Origin: Bispira polyomma
Lineage: Eukaryota
Direction of reading: 5' to 3'
DNA length: 64,000 bases
Assembly: GCA_965649765.1 (NCBI GenBank)
Contig: OZ287751.1
Coordinates: 68,882,001 to 68,946,000 of the forward strand
The notes under the pieces are model-generated. The model ran no database searches. It had not been told where the DNA came from and saw only the letters and a list, made by a program, of their open reading frames with translations. The translations under genes and the position numbers were made by a program. Of this stretch, positions 1 through 12,272 are shown piece after piece (position 1 is the first letter of the stretch; each line of letters begins with the position of its first letter).

Positions 1-670
1 TTAACTCTCCTTAAAATCAGAAAATCTTCAAAAGATTGAAGGATTTTACTACTTCAATAACTGTCCTACACTTTAACTTCCGTTGTTAAATTCTTCATTG
101 AATGACCTATCAAATCACCTCGCCAAGAGTAACCTAAAGTAAAATGGGGTTTTTTAAAGCAATTGTACAGTCTCTCAATATAAACTATAGATAATGTTAA
201 GGCTGTTTTAGTTGCCAAGATAGAGAGAGATCTAGCTTGTTTTTTTGGGTCTATAGGAATAATATTAAGAAGGGAAGTGACCCCATAGTGGTGTTTTTTT
301 GTTTTGTTTGTTTTTATAGTTTCCATACTAAGTGAGTTTGGGAAATTTGCATCCAATACCATTCAGGAAATATTAGTTTTTATTACATTAAGTCATGATG
401 AGGGGCATAACTGATCGTAATGACACTAATATTTCCTTTATTAAGCAAGAAAAACTGTGATTGTCATACTATGTTTTACTTTACGATTGTTTTTTTTTTG
501 GGGGGGAAGAAATCCTCCATAAATGATTTTTCTAGATTTAATGTCAGTAAGAGATTCGATGTAACAATTCTATGTTATGAAGGGCAATAATAAAAGATAT
601 TTTTAGCTGGATGTTAAGGGGAAAGGTTATATATAACCAAATCTTCATCTTTCCTGACATTTTTTTACCA

Positions 671-926
671 TTGTAATTGTAATTAGACTTTTATTGCGCT
701 TAATCTCCCCTTAACAAAGGGGACTCTAAGGCGCACCAACACAAAAGACAGTTATCCAATTTCCAAAATCAAGGGACAGAAAAAGGGTCAGCAACATAGA
801 GCGCGCCGGGGGATGATTGAGACTAAGGTGGATATGCTTTAGTGTACAAGTGGGTTTTAAGCTTCTTTCTAAAACAGGCTAGTGAGGGGGAAGCATGAAT
901 CACATCAGGAAGACCATTCCAAACAA
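671..926 (-). mobile_element. 5'-truncated L2/CR1-group LINE 3' end
   Basis: The minus strand translates to VWNGLPDVIHASPSLACFRKKLKTHLYTKAYPP*, a typical L2 ORF2 C-terminus, followed by a 3'UTR and an (AATTAC)n tail. The same 3' end recurs at about 46633-46702. Confidence 0.85.
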
Positions 927-1422
927 TGATTTAATGAACTTTATTGCTTTAATGAGGACAAACGCTAAGCAATAAAAGTTTCTCTAGAAGATCTAGGATT
1001 TTTCAACTCATTTTACAGTGTTTAAAAGTAGAAAGGAGGTCATTATTGGAATAAATTAGAATGTCTATTAAGAAACATCTGGGGAAAACTATATACATTT
1101 CATCAGTAATGACTGGCAATCAGGGGCCGTATTCAGTACTAGTCACAATTTTTCTCAAAATATTTTCAGTCTCAGCCAGTCAGGTTCTTCGAAAAAAATA
1201 TTCTCAGCCAATCAAATTGCATGAGATAAAAATTTAAGACTGTAAATCTTTGTGATTGTGAAAATCAAGCCCAAATCCCAAAATAATTGTACAGTTGAAC
1301 CCCTTTAAGTTGAACCTCACAGGACACAGAGTAGAAATCAATCTATTTTAGTAGGATTTCCACTTAACAGGGTAGATTACAAAAGAAAACGCCTTAAGTG
1401 GGCCCACAGATTTCTTTTCACA

Positions 1423-2185
1423 TAATAATAATAATAGAAGCATCAAAATTGATAAAAAAATCCTCTAATGTGCTGAATTCCAAAAAGGGATTGTCCTTTA
1501 TCAAGCGAAGGTCGTTACCAAGTGAGCGCCAACCAGCGAGTAACTAAGGTGGGAGATATGCCAGTCTGAACAAGTGAGTCTTCATCTGGCTTCGTAAACC
1601 AGATAGTGTCTGTTGGGATCTGACATTTTGTGGCAGCCTGTTCCATTCTGCCGGTGCAGCGACAGCAAAGCTGCGCCTTCTGATTTTTCATTTAGGGCGA
1701 AGTGAAACAGATAGTCTATTTCCACGTGTGATACTGCTGGACTTGATTAAGGAAGATAGGTAGGGAGGTTGGGAATAGTTAATAGCCTTTTAAACTAGCA
1801 GGTCGTACTTAAAAAGGATGCGATGTTCAATGGTAAGCCAGCGGGGATTTATAGGTAAAGGGTGACATGACTGAATCTGTCAAGCCTGTAAACAATGCGA
1901 CAGGGAGCATTTTGGACTCTCTGGAGTTTGGCAATATTAGCCTTACTGACCCTGTAAAGAGTTGCAGTAGTCCAAGCGACTACTGACCATAGCATTTGCC
2001 ACCAGAACTGCAGTATCAGCGCTAAGGAATCTACGAATTTACCACAAGTCAAGTAGATAATAGTAACAGGCACGGCAAACCTGGGCAATATGGTTGTTAA
2101 AGGAGTTGTCTGAGTCAAAGATGAAAAACACCCAGATTTTTTACCTCTGCTGCCGGAGTGATATTGTTCTGGAGGAATGAAATAG
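1423..2185 (-). mobile_element. degenerate L2-type LINE ORF2 C-terminal fragment plus 3'UTR
   Basis: Frameshifted peptides EVKNLGVF..., IAKLQRVQNAPCRIVYRLDRFSHVT, and RRSFAVAAPAEWNRLPQNVRSQQTLSGLRSQMKTHLFRLAYLPP*, with a (TTA)n tail. A related short 3'UTR piece lies at about 2265-2400. Confidence 0.9.
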
Positions 2186-2689
2186 GAAATCAGCTACACT
2201 CACACAAAGTATTGTTAAAAATATTAGAGACATACATAATTATATACAAACAAAAAAAAAGTATATTTCAAGCATTTATAGAGCACCCAAATTGATGACA
2301 ACATCCTCTAAGGCGCTGATATCCAAAAAGGGAAGGTCGTTACCGAAAGCATCCATCAGGGAAGAGACTAAGGGGAGAAACGGTAAGTTTTAAGATGGCT
2401 TTTGAAACCAGTGAATGTATCCTGTGATCTGACTGTCTGTGAAAACTAGTAAACATGAGCCATGACAGGAAAGCAATTCTGTACAGCATTAGTAGTGTGA
2501 ATATAATGAGGCTCCCAAGAGTCCAAAATGCCCTCGGCTGTATCGTGTTCAAAGCTTTACAAATTCAGCCATATTTTACAGTAACTTACTTCATGTGACG
2601 GCTGCTTTACTTTTAGTTAAATACAAATATTTAGATTGGTTGGTGTAAAATGATGCATCGTAAACACTGACACACAACATGTAGACTTT

Positions 2690-2891
2690 GAATTTAGTTT
2701 GCTTTTATATCGCTTTCAACAGCTTAGATCATATCAAGACGACCAGATTCAATGTTGGCAGAAACCACGACCTATGTTGAGTACCTGACAAACTTTCCTA
2801 CATATAGGAATGAACACGATTCGAACCCACATTCGTGGGAGGCCAGTGATGGTGAAGCGAGTACCTTCTAATGACTAGGCCACCATGGCCC
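2690..2891 (-). mobile_element. tRNA-derived SINE (family S1)
   Basis: Head GGGCCATGGTGGCCTAGT (A box) ... GGGTTCGAATC (B box). Tail CTGTTGAAAGCGATATAAAAGCAAACTAAATTC is shared with the copies at 34003, 48480 and 61032. Confidence 0.75.
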
Positions 2892-4322
2892 CACACACAC
2901 ACACAACAATGCAATAGTGGATCTGAACAATGGGGCCATAGTAATAATTACAAGTTTAGAATGGATCTTTTTCTGATTTCCAGAAAAATTTCTTGACTCA
3001 CAAAAAGTAAAAGTAATAACATAACTTTATGTGTACCCATGATACAGACAGATTCACTGCACAAAACGAACTGATGAGGTGATAAAATTTTGCGAATGGC
3101 TTTTAAAGCAACGCATCAGTATATTCAGCTGACTATAAATAAATTAGGTTCAATTAGTATTTAGCTTATCAGTCAGAGAGCAAGCCCAAAAAATGCTTTA
3201 AAGCCTATACTTCCACGAAGCCGACATTGAATTTTTGTCACTTGCCATATTTTTTTACACACTAAGTGTTTCTAGATATCAGATGCCGAAGGCAACAATG
3301 ACCAACACAGACCAATCCTATTGCTGTTGATAGGAAAACGGAAAAATGTCAGCGACTTTTAACATCTGCCTCACATAACAAGATTAGTCTGTCAACACCC
3401 AGTTGCTACCCATTCAGACCATGGTCATGTGATAGCAACACCAGATGATGTCATTACATGATGTCATTTGGGGTAAAAATGCCCCAGCGTTGGCTATATT
3501 GATGTAACATGCAGAAATCGCCTTTTATTATTACAAAATGTGTTCTACCATTAACTATGCATCTAAAATCTGCCCCATGCAAACATTGACTGCTGGCTAA
3601 AAAGCAAATCGGCCATAGGCTGAATTCGGCAAGTGGCCATCAGCTATATGGAGACAAAGCCTAAAATACAAACCATGCAGATTATGAGAAGTGCCTTTAG
3701 GCCCCTCCTGCTTCACAATCATCAATGCCATAAAATCTACAGCTGGGCCCCTTGTTTTAAAACCACTCACCATCCCCACCCCCACCCCACCAGCCCAAAA
3801 AAAACAAAACATGGGACAGTTAAAGGGCCAATTGACTAAAGGGACTAGGACAGGAAATCTAGAAATGGATAATTCCAATCCAGCTAATGGGCCAGGCTAC
3901 AAGCTGGGACCTGTTTCCTGACATCAGATGCTCATTTGGTGCTCATTTCCCACACAGATACACACAATATCATTTATTGATTGCAACACAATAAACACTA
4001 CTCCATACTTTAATACCACTTGGCCACATTTGTCCAAGTGCCAGTTGTTGTTTTTTTGTTGTTGTGTTTTGTCTATCCCCTCTTTAGTTTTGCCCTTTTC
4101 TCTGTGGGTTTTTAATGTGGTGTACGAGTTTTAAGGTTGCGGGGGACAGTTTGGAATAAATGTTTTAACAGAGTGAAAAAGTGCAGGTTTTAAATAACTC
4201 ACAGACCTATTATTAGTTATTTATTTAAATATTTAGGTATACAGCACCACAGTAATTTTTTTTGTTCAGGGTACCTTTATTTTAAAGACTCTGCAACTAA
4301 GTTTTGTGACTTACAATTAATA

Positions 4323-4500
4323 TTCTACAACCTCTATCATCCAAACATGTTGGGAGAGCCAAATTTTGTCTGGACAAGGTTTATCAAATAGAAGAGGCAT
4401 TTGGGAAAACAATGGGAAAAATCTAAATCTGGGAGAGTGGAAATGAGTTCATAAAATTGAATATTCAGAAAACAGAAGTTCGGATCACAGAGGTTCTACT
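4323..4500. mobile_element. MITE family A (diverged)
   Basis: AACCTCTATCATCCAAAC ... GTTCGGATCACAGAGGTTCTACT, with internal GGAGAGTGGAAATGAGTTCATAAAAT. Confidence 0.7.
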
Positions 4501-5584
4501 TTTTTATGTAGCACATTAAATATGGAGCACATTTTAGATACATTACTATCTGCATGTAAATACACTATAGTACTAGAGGAATCTTAATGGGTTTTTAATC
4601 CAGGGGTGGGAAATGATCATGAGTAGAAAAGCTATAAAGAGAAAACACTGAGCTAACACTTAATGGGGGTATTATAATAAGAACAGGCAATGCCTCTCTA
4701 AAACGCCTAGCATTGTAAAAAATACCATTGCATGCCCCTAATCCCCGGGCCGAGTCCTTTCTGCCAACAGTTGGTTTTACTCCCACAGACAAAATCATTA
4801 TTAATGAACTGAATCATGAATTCTGAGTGAGTGTTGACACAAGTCAAACAGCAAGAGAGCAACAGTAACCCAAACAAAACTCGCCACAAATCAAAAATTT
4901 TGCCAAAAGCTTGATATTTCTCGTCGTTGTGGGGTTTTTCTAGTTCTTTAATATTGAATTAGGACTTAATGAAATAATGTGTACATATATCATGACTATA
5001 TCACTCGGTCAGGAAAGTTCCTTCTATATTATTACATCTTTCTATGTTTTAAAAGAAACATTTTTACTGAGCTCAATTTTATGTTAGTGGCAAATGTTTA
5101 GTAGTTTACTGTATACCCACAAAAGGAGAAATGATGGAAAAGGACCGAGGGGGAGGTGGGGAGAGGGAGGGGATACATGGGGCTTTGTGGGGGGTGTGTA
5201 TGCGTGACTGATAGGAGAAGGGCGATGATGAATCAATCGGTACAGTCAGAGAATGATAGTTTTGGCTGTTTTTGCAGAACTATTATGTTGCGTATTAGAC
5301 AACACACAAGGATTACATACCGGTATATGTATAATTACATGGGGCATGTAATATTTGTGGGTGTTTTTTCACTGACATTTAATGAAGAGTTCCATTTAAG
5401 CAAATTAGAAGGTACAGGCAATGCAGTAGGTTGAAAGGCAATGTCCCTGATATGGCAGAAAATGGTATCAAGCTTTGCCAGTGACCTTGTAAACACTGCC
5501 CTCTTTTGATGGATATAAAATTTCAACAGCTTATTGCCTATGAATCTGGCACAATTACCCATCAAAATCATCTCTACATGGAAA

Positions 5585-5779
5585 TACAGTAGAACCGTCA
5601 TTAAGCCCGAACATATTAGGTGAACAAAGTTTTGTTCAGATAAATAAGGTTCATAAAATAGAAGGGGTATTATAGTGTAAAAGAGTAGGAATAATGCAAC
5701 TATAGGAGAGTGGAAATGAGTTCATAAAATCTAATTATGTTTGGATACTACAAGTTTGGGTAAAAGAGGTTTTACTATA
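5585..5779. mobile_element. MITE family A (diverged)
   Basis: TA-CAGTAGAACC ... AGAGGTTTTACTATA, with internal GGAGAGTGGAAATGAGTTCATAAAAT. Confidence 0.7.
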
Positions 5780-7688
5780 CTACACAAAATGACAACCAAC
5801 AGCCATCACATACAGGCTGCATGTAAACTTGACATATGACAACAATGCCTAGTCTTCCTTAAAGGCTTTTCTCTACACTGTAGTTACTACAAATTTTAGC
5901 CCCTACCCTTCTTAAATGATTCTCCTCATCATTAAACACAAAAAAAACAAAAACAACCCTTCTTCCCTGTAAACTCGCTCCCAAATGATGACAATCTCTC
6001 TATGTGTGGGATACAAGCCAGACCCAGAGCCTGTCAGTCATCTGTGTTCCTGATATTTAGTTATCTTTGCCATTATCTCCCAGTTTGTCTCTTCTTGTGT
6101 GTGTGACTTAGACGTTATGCCCAAAATCAGGCCCAAATCATATTCCACCGAATATGAATAGAGCTCAACCACTTTCAGTCAAATCTTAAGTGACCAGGAA
6201 TAATAGTTCTACTTATTAAGATTTCCACTTAAATTGGTTAATTTTTAAAACGTAAGCTCTGCAAGGCTCTACCTTGTTATTTCTCCACAAAAAAAGAAAT
6301 TGACTTTCAACTTTAAAAGGATTTATTCAGATTGATACAAGTTTTCACTTCTGAGAAATAGAGGTTTCATGTTGTACAAGGTATGGAGAATAAAATTCGA
6401 ATGTCCATCTTTGAAAGAAGTCAAAAAATATACAGGCTTCTACTTATTACACATGGCGGACTTTTAAAAAATTAACATTTTTGACCCTTAGGTTGACAGC
6501 ATTTGTTACTCCAAGAACCAATAGCTGTCGACAAGCAGTCATCGTAACACCCCAAAAATATTAATCTATTTTCCTCGCAATACAAATTCCACATTTAAAA
6601 AAATGTAGGAAGTAGTAGTTTGTAGTGTGTGTTTTGGTGACTTCAGCTATCTTTAACCTATTACCCCCAAAAAGTCCTTCAGTTCCACGGCGATAGTTTT
6701 CTCTTGGTGTGAAAAGAGTTTTATTGCATTCGTCTTAAACAGAATCCACATAACAGAGTTCTACTTGTGGGTTTACTACCAAGTACTTGGTCATCCATCA
6801 TTCAGATCCTGTGTTTATATCCTCTTACATTGAGCAAAACACTGCCATAGTCTTTTCTGCATTATTCCATGTGAATAAAACATGTTCAATCTAATTTCTT
6901 ATACAGCAAACCTCTCCTTTTCATTACCTCCAATCACAAGAACCTGCATATGCAACAAATCACAGTAAGCCTGGATTTTCTTTCTTTCTTTTTTTTTTTC
7001 AAATTAAAGAAGGTGGCTTTGTCACTAAACTTTCCTTCAAACTTAAGTGTTGTTTTTGCCTTCTTGTAACTTATGAACAACCGTCACTTGCAACAACGAC
7101 ATATCAAGTTAAACCTCTTTTCCATCCACTTTTTTCTCCTTGTAGTCAGTAAAGGGACATACATAACAATCTCCATTATCCAAACACTATTGAGGGAATT
7201 GATTCATTTAATCAGTATTAATCAAAATTTGGACAAGTGAAGAATGTTCTGTATTAATTGTATACATTTAGCATTAATCATTAGAATGCTCTTTCAGGTT
7301 TTCTTAATTACTTATTCAATTGTTTTCCTTTGCAAAAACAAACTAGTTGGTACATTTCATACTCCTTTTCAACACATGTTCAATAAGTGTTAACCAGATG
7401 AGAAGATTTATTGATATTGTTAGTGTTAGTAATCATGTGACACTTAAGTTTTCTACAACAAAATGTCCCAATAGTTCTAACATTTTGCAAATAATGTTAA
7501 TTTTCCAAGCCTATTTATCACACAACACTCATTGACTGTTCTATTGTTTCTCACATTCATAACTGTTCAAAAATATTCTCCATTTAACAATGCATAGAAC
7601 CATTTTTTTTTTCAAATGCCCGAGTTGCAAAGAGCATATTCATCGGATAGAAATGCCCAGCAAACACTAGATTAACATGACATAATAA

Positions 7689-7895
7689 GGGCCTCAGTGG
7701 TGTAGAGGTAACACTCTTGCCTCTGCAGTCGTGGGTTCAAAACTCGGCCACGACACGTGTATATAGGGAAGTTGGCAGTAGACATGTTGAAGGTTGGTGG
7801 TTTGCAGTTTAGTAATCTTGGCCAAATACTCTGTCCTGCTTTCCTGCACAATTTAAAAAGTCCATTGCAATATAATACTTAGTTGTTAACAACTC
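7689..7895 (+). mobile_element. tRNA-derived SINE (second family)
   Basis: A box GGGCCTCAGTGGTGTAGAGG and B box GGGTTCAAAAC, followed by a core-like GTTGGTGGTTT...TTCCTGCAC. A similar head lies at 55465-55614 (-). Confidence 0.6.
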
Positions 7896-8320
7896 AAAAT
7901 TGAGTATGTGTGGGGTGTTGCCTGCAGTCTTTGACTAAGTACTCCTCTTTTATACTGTTTAATAATGCATTTACAAATTACATTCTCAAAAGTGGAAAGC
8001 GACACATAGTTTACCATTCGTTTTATATGGCAGCCATTTGATAGAATTCTAAAACATTAAAATTTTGCTATTTTTAGCCTTAGTTTGAAGAAGGCAAAAT
8101 TCAATATCATATTTATAAATTCATTTTAATTCATTTATTTAAATTAGTGTTGATTTTTCATTCTCTTTCGTCAGCTATAGAGAATCCCTGTCTGAGTGTC
8201 TAACATCTAATACTGTACTATTTATAGCACTTAATCCACAATCTACTAACACCCTGTACGGAGGGGGGGGTTTGTGTACCGGGTGTGGTCTCTCTGACAG
8301 CACATGCTATAGACGTTTGA

Positions 8321-8403
8321 CTCAAGTGGAAACTGATTTCAAATGGTGCTAGATAGTGACAACTTAAACTCTACCCACCATGTGAAAACAGCTACCCTTT
8401 GAA
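8321..8403 (-). ncRNA. mir-29: pre-miRNA hairpin, mir-29 family (paralog 1); mature 3p UAGCACCAUUUGAAAUCAGUUU at 8330-8351
   Basis: The minus strand reads ...UUCAAAGGGUAGCUGUUUUCACAUGGUGGGUAGAG-loop-UCUAGCACCAUUUGAAAUCAGUUUCCACUUGAG. The 3p arm has the miR-29 seed AGCACCA, and its first 20 nt match miR-29b. The 5p arm (8371-8393) pairs with it and resembles vertebrate miR-29b-5p. The lower stem is extended, and a CNNC motif (CGUC) lies about 15 nt 3' of the mature end. Confidence 0.95.
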
Positions 8404-11400
8404 TGTTTTAGTAGCATTCAATGTGTGTTTTAGTAAGCTCCTCACTCAATCCGAAATATTGCCATGCCATTATAATCATGCAAAATTCATGAAATATTTT
8501 TTTCTTATATTTATGGTTTGTTTTCCTTTAAATCTACATGCAATAAATATAGTAGAAAGACTGTGTATCAGTCAAATATCTAAAATTTCTACTTGCGGCT
8601 AAACTTCGACCTAATCAATTTAATATTAGTATTGCTTAATTTAAGCACAAAACAACTGCTTCAAGTTCTTAATAAATGAGACTTCTATACCCATTCTAGT
8701 TACAGACCGTCTACTGTGGTATCATAAACGATCATCAAATTGACCAAAAAAAGGTTTCTTATATATATTTCACTCAGCAAACTAACAGATTTTGCTTGTG
8801 TTGAATAAGTTGCTCTTTCAATTCACATGAAGCTGATTCCACAAGAGGTTAATTTCAAGCATTTCCGTTGATACTATGAATTCAATTCATAATATGTGTT
8901 CAGTATCTGCCAACTAAATTTCTTTTTCAATCTAGCTGCGTTCAATAATTCTAGTAGGCTAAGAGCAGGTGCAAGCCATATACAAAATTGTTAGTAGAAA
9001 TTTTAGTAATGATATGGATATTTTATAAGTGATAAGTAGAAATAACTAAGAATTGAAATTGAAAATTACATTTTGTATTTAATACAAACCGAAGAAGTTG
9101 TGCAGTTAATGTAAATTACTTCACTCCATCACCTCTTTATCTGTAAAAAACTCAAATTAGAAACCTTTTCTTTTTCAATTAACACTTATTTGCAAATTAA
9201 ACTATCAATCATAGACCAGTATATCCACAAAAATAGAAACACGATTCATATATTTACCCAATTATACATTATTGTCCACGCAATTGTACATTATTACCTC
9301 CTCTACACAAAAATCGTTAGTATATGTATTGGGATGTTCCCATACACAAATATTATATCAAGTCTCTGTTCTGATAAGCGATAAAGATAGCTATATATAT
9401 ACATTGTATATGTACAAGACAAATACCCTTAAATACATAGACATGTACTGCCTCCCCAATACTTTCTACTTCTTATTGTACATTAAAGACACCCCTGATA
9501 GTCACTGCTAGCCTTGTCATTTTGTACCCCCAGCACAGAGACACATTAGAACTGTGTAGCTCATATTTCAAACTGCTGCTATTAATTAAAGACATCTCAC
9601 TCTGCACTTTGGTTTCACAACTCAATACACACCATTGCGACACACACACAACACACATACTATGGAATATATAGATCCCACTATTATATGCTAGCCTCAT
9701 TTTCATACACACAGAAAAAAGAAAAGAAATGCCTCGCCTGCACACAGTATTTTGATTTCAAACATGCATAACTCAAATAACCTGATCAATAATTCACATT
9801 TGCCACATAATAGATGCTGCCAGCAAATGAGCTCTGTATGTACACGTTTGATCTGCCAGTTCTCTCTCCCCCAACTGGTCAATACATTCCATAGAAGTAT
9901 CATTCACTTGGGGAGGAGAAAAGTAAGGGAGAAGGGGTGATGGGGGGCGAGCTGTGGGGGTAAAAATTCATCCTCGGAGGTGCTTAAAACTACACCACTG
10001 CTAATGTACATAATTATTCTGCCAAGAAAAAAAAAATTGTGGGGGTTTTGTTTCCATATTGATGGTTTTAGACAATTTTTTGGTTTGAAAAACCATCGGT
10101 GGGAAGTAGTTCTATATGCTATATTTTACAAATGACTTGCACTGTACAAATATACGGAGTAGCGGTATAGTAGTAGTAGTGACATGTGTGTGTGTTTGTG
10201 TCCTCCCCCAATGATTGATTGTGTTGCAGGTTAAACAGGTACATCGATACTAAAGGAAGGGAGAAAAACAACAACAAAAAAAGCATTCAATATAATGACA
10301 GCCAGTTTCATCATGATAATGATGATTAGGATGAACACAAAATGCTGCCACACAGTTTAATTTTATCCCCCATCACTGCTGGTATTTTTCTTTATATGTA
10401 TTTTCCTTATATGGGTATAAATTTCACGGACTGCTTTTTGAAAAGTAAAAATTGTAGAGAATCTCATTATCTGAATTTTGTATCATTCCAAATGCATTTA
10501 ATTTTATAAATTCATCTCCACTGTTCAAATTATTGTTGTGTTTCTGTTCTATTATACTAAAAAAACGCTTTTATTTGAGCGAAAGAAAATATCGTCGAGA
10601 ACTGAAAGAAATATTTCGGTAAAAGGTTACGGATATCTGGATCGTGGAGTTACTAAAACACAGACTACTTCGGGCATTTATTAACAGCCTCACGTATAAC
10701 TTTTTAAATGGGTAAGTCTGCTGCCCTATAACAACTTCCTATTACTAATTAAGAAGAAGCATTTCATGATACCACATATCACTTGCTGTTGGTAAACCTA
10801 CATAGCCAAAAGAGTTGTTAAATGTAAACATAATCTATATACACTTTTAAATTTGAAAGTTTTACTAGTGACAACAAATACAAATGTAATTGTTGTAAAT
10901 TAACATCAGTCCACTAGTCTACTGTATTTTCTTGGTAACAGTTATAACAAATATTGTTACAATGATCAAATGCTATAGTCCAAGACATACAAACCATTAT
11001 AATACTCACATATTTAACATTTGTTTTATGAATATCTATAGTAAATATTGTTATCTCGCTGCAAGTTACTGCTCTGACAGTGTTTTCAATAGCTTGTCAT
11101 CTATATTTCAACAACCAACAGATGTTGCAGTAAATTAACTAAACTCAAACGTTGATCTTTAACAGGAGGAGGATAATAAGAGAATTATAACCGTGTCTCA
11201 AAGTCAACACTTCAGGCCATCTTGAAATAGATATAGACAAAAGCGCTTGAAAAAAAAAACCCTCATTAAATCAATACAAGTAGAAGTATCTGCTTATTTG
11301 ATTTTACTTGAAAGATATTTACCATTCAGTGTCAAAGTTATACTATTATTTAATCAAAAAAAAAATACTATTCTTTAAAATTCATCATTTTTAAATGTCT

Positions 11401-12054
11401 ACATAACACATTTAAGTACTTCTGCTGTAGTCATCGATAACCGAATAATAAGAATAAGCTTTTAATAAATTTACATAATTAAGAAAGTTTACCTTAACTT
11501 TTGTCCTTCTCCATCACTTTTAAACCACTATTTTTATTATTGAAAATTGTATTTTGCATTTTTAACGCACCTTATTTATGTTGGGCATCTTCTAAATCGC
11601 ACAACAGAATCAACATTATTAAAAGAATATGTCAGGGAGAAAACTCGGATATTTGACCCACAAACTCGCCCCAACATGTTTTAGCATTCACAAGATCATC
11701 AAAATACATTCTTTAATGCACTCAGGCAATGGCAATATTTACGTTTTCGCTACCAGAAGCCTTGCACATGGACACAGATACACATGTAGTTTATAAGTCG
11801 AAGAATTTGATCAAATTACAGTCGGCCTCGCCTCAGAAAATTGCCCGCATGGAAATATCCACCAATAGTTTAACTTCCAACATTGCTGTCTCTCACTCTC
11901 CACATGAGCCACATCCACAGAAATACTAAAAGTGACATACTATATAAAACCCACCATGATCCAGCACACCCCCTCAAAAATGCTCTCCACTGCTCACTAT
12001 AAACATGCAAAAAAGAACCCACTAAAATATTGTTCCCGGCAAAATACTACTCAC

Positions 12055-12181
12055 CAGCAATAAATTCCACACTGTACTACTGCACCAAAGGGCAAGAACA
12101 TTCTAAAAGGCCACTACAGATGTGGGTGGGGTATATACACTAGGCTAGGGTTGTTCCCAGTATTACACAACTTCGAAGAGC
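12055..12181 (-). other. candidate internal exon (127 nt), probably non-coding, lying between the two mir-29 hairpins
   Basis: Acceptor CTTTCTGTCTCTGTATTCCTTAATATAG| and consensus donor CTG|GTGAGT (GT at 12054-12053). All three frames hit a stop when read from the acceptor. One internal ATG (12101) stays open to the donor (MFLPFGAVVQCGIYC, phase 2). Confidence 0.45.
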
Positions 12182-12216
12182 CTATATTAAGGAATACAGA
12201 GACAGAAAGCTTGGCA

Positions 12217-12272
12217 GGGGGTGGGGGTGGGGGTGGGGGGGGGTGGGGGTGGGGGGGGTGGGGGTGGGGGGG
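12217..12272 (+). repeat. (GGGGGT)n G-tract array with G-quadruplex potential
   Basis: Eight runs of at least 5 G separated by single T. Similar shorter arrays at about 18885-18915 (+) and 3772-3792 (-). Confidence 0.8.

Noticed and set aside
2800-2891. tRNA-like A/B boxes (also at 7689, 34003, 48734 and 55614)
   Set aside because: No intact cloverleaf is present and the heads are joined to shared downstream bodies and tails, so these are SINEs.
8318-8324. AP-1 motif TGACTCA adjacent to hairpin 1, and other TGASTCA sites
   Set aside because: The number of such heptamers in the window looks compatible with chance at this base composition.
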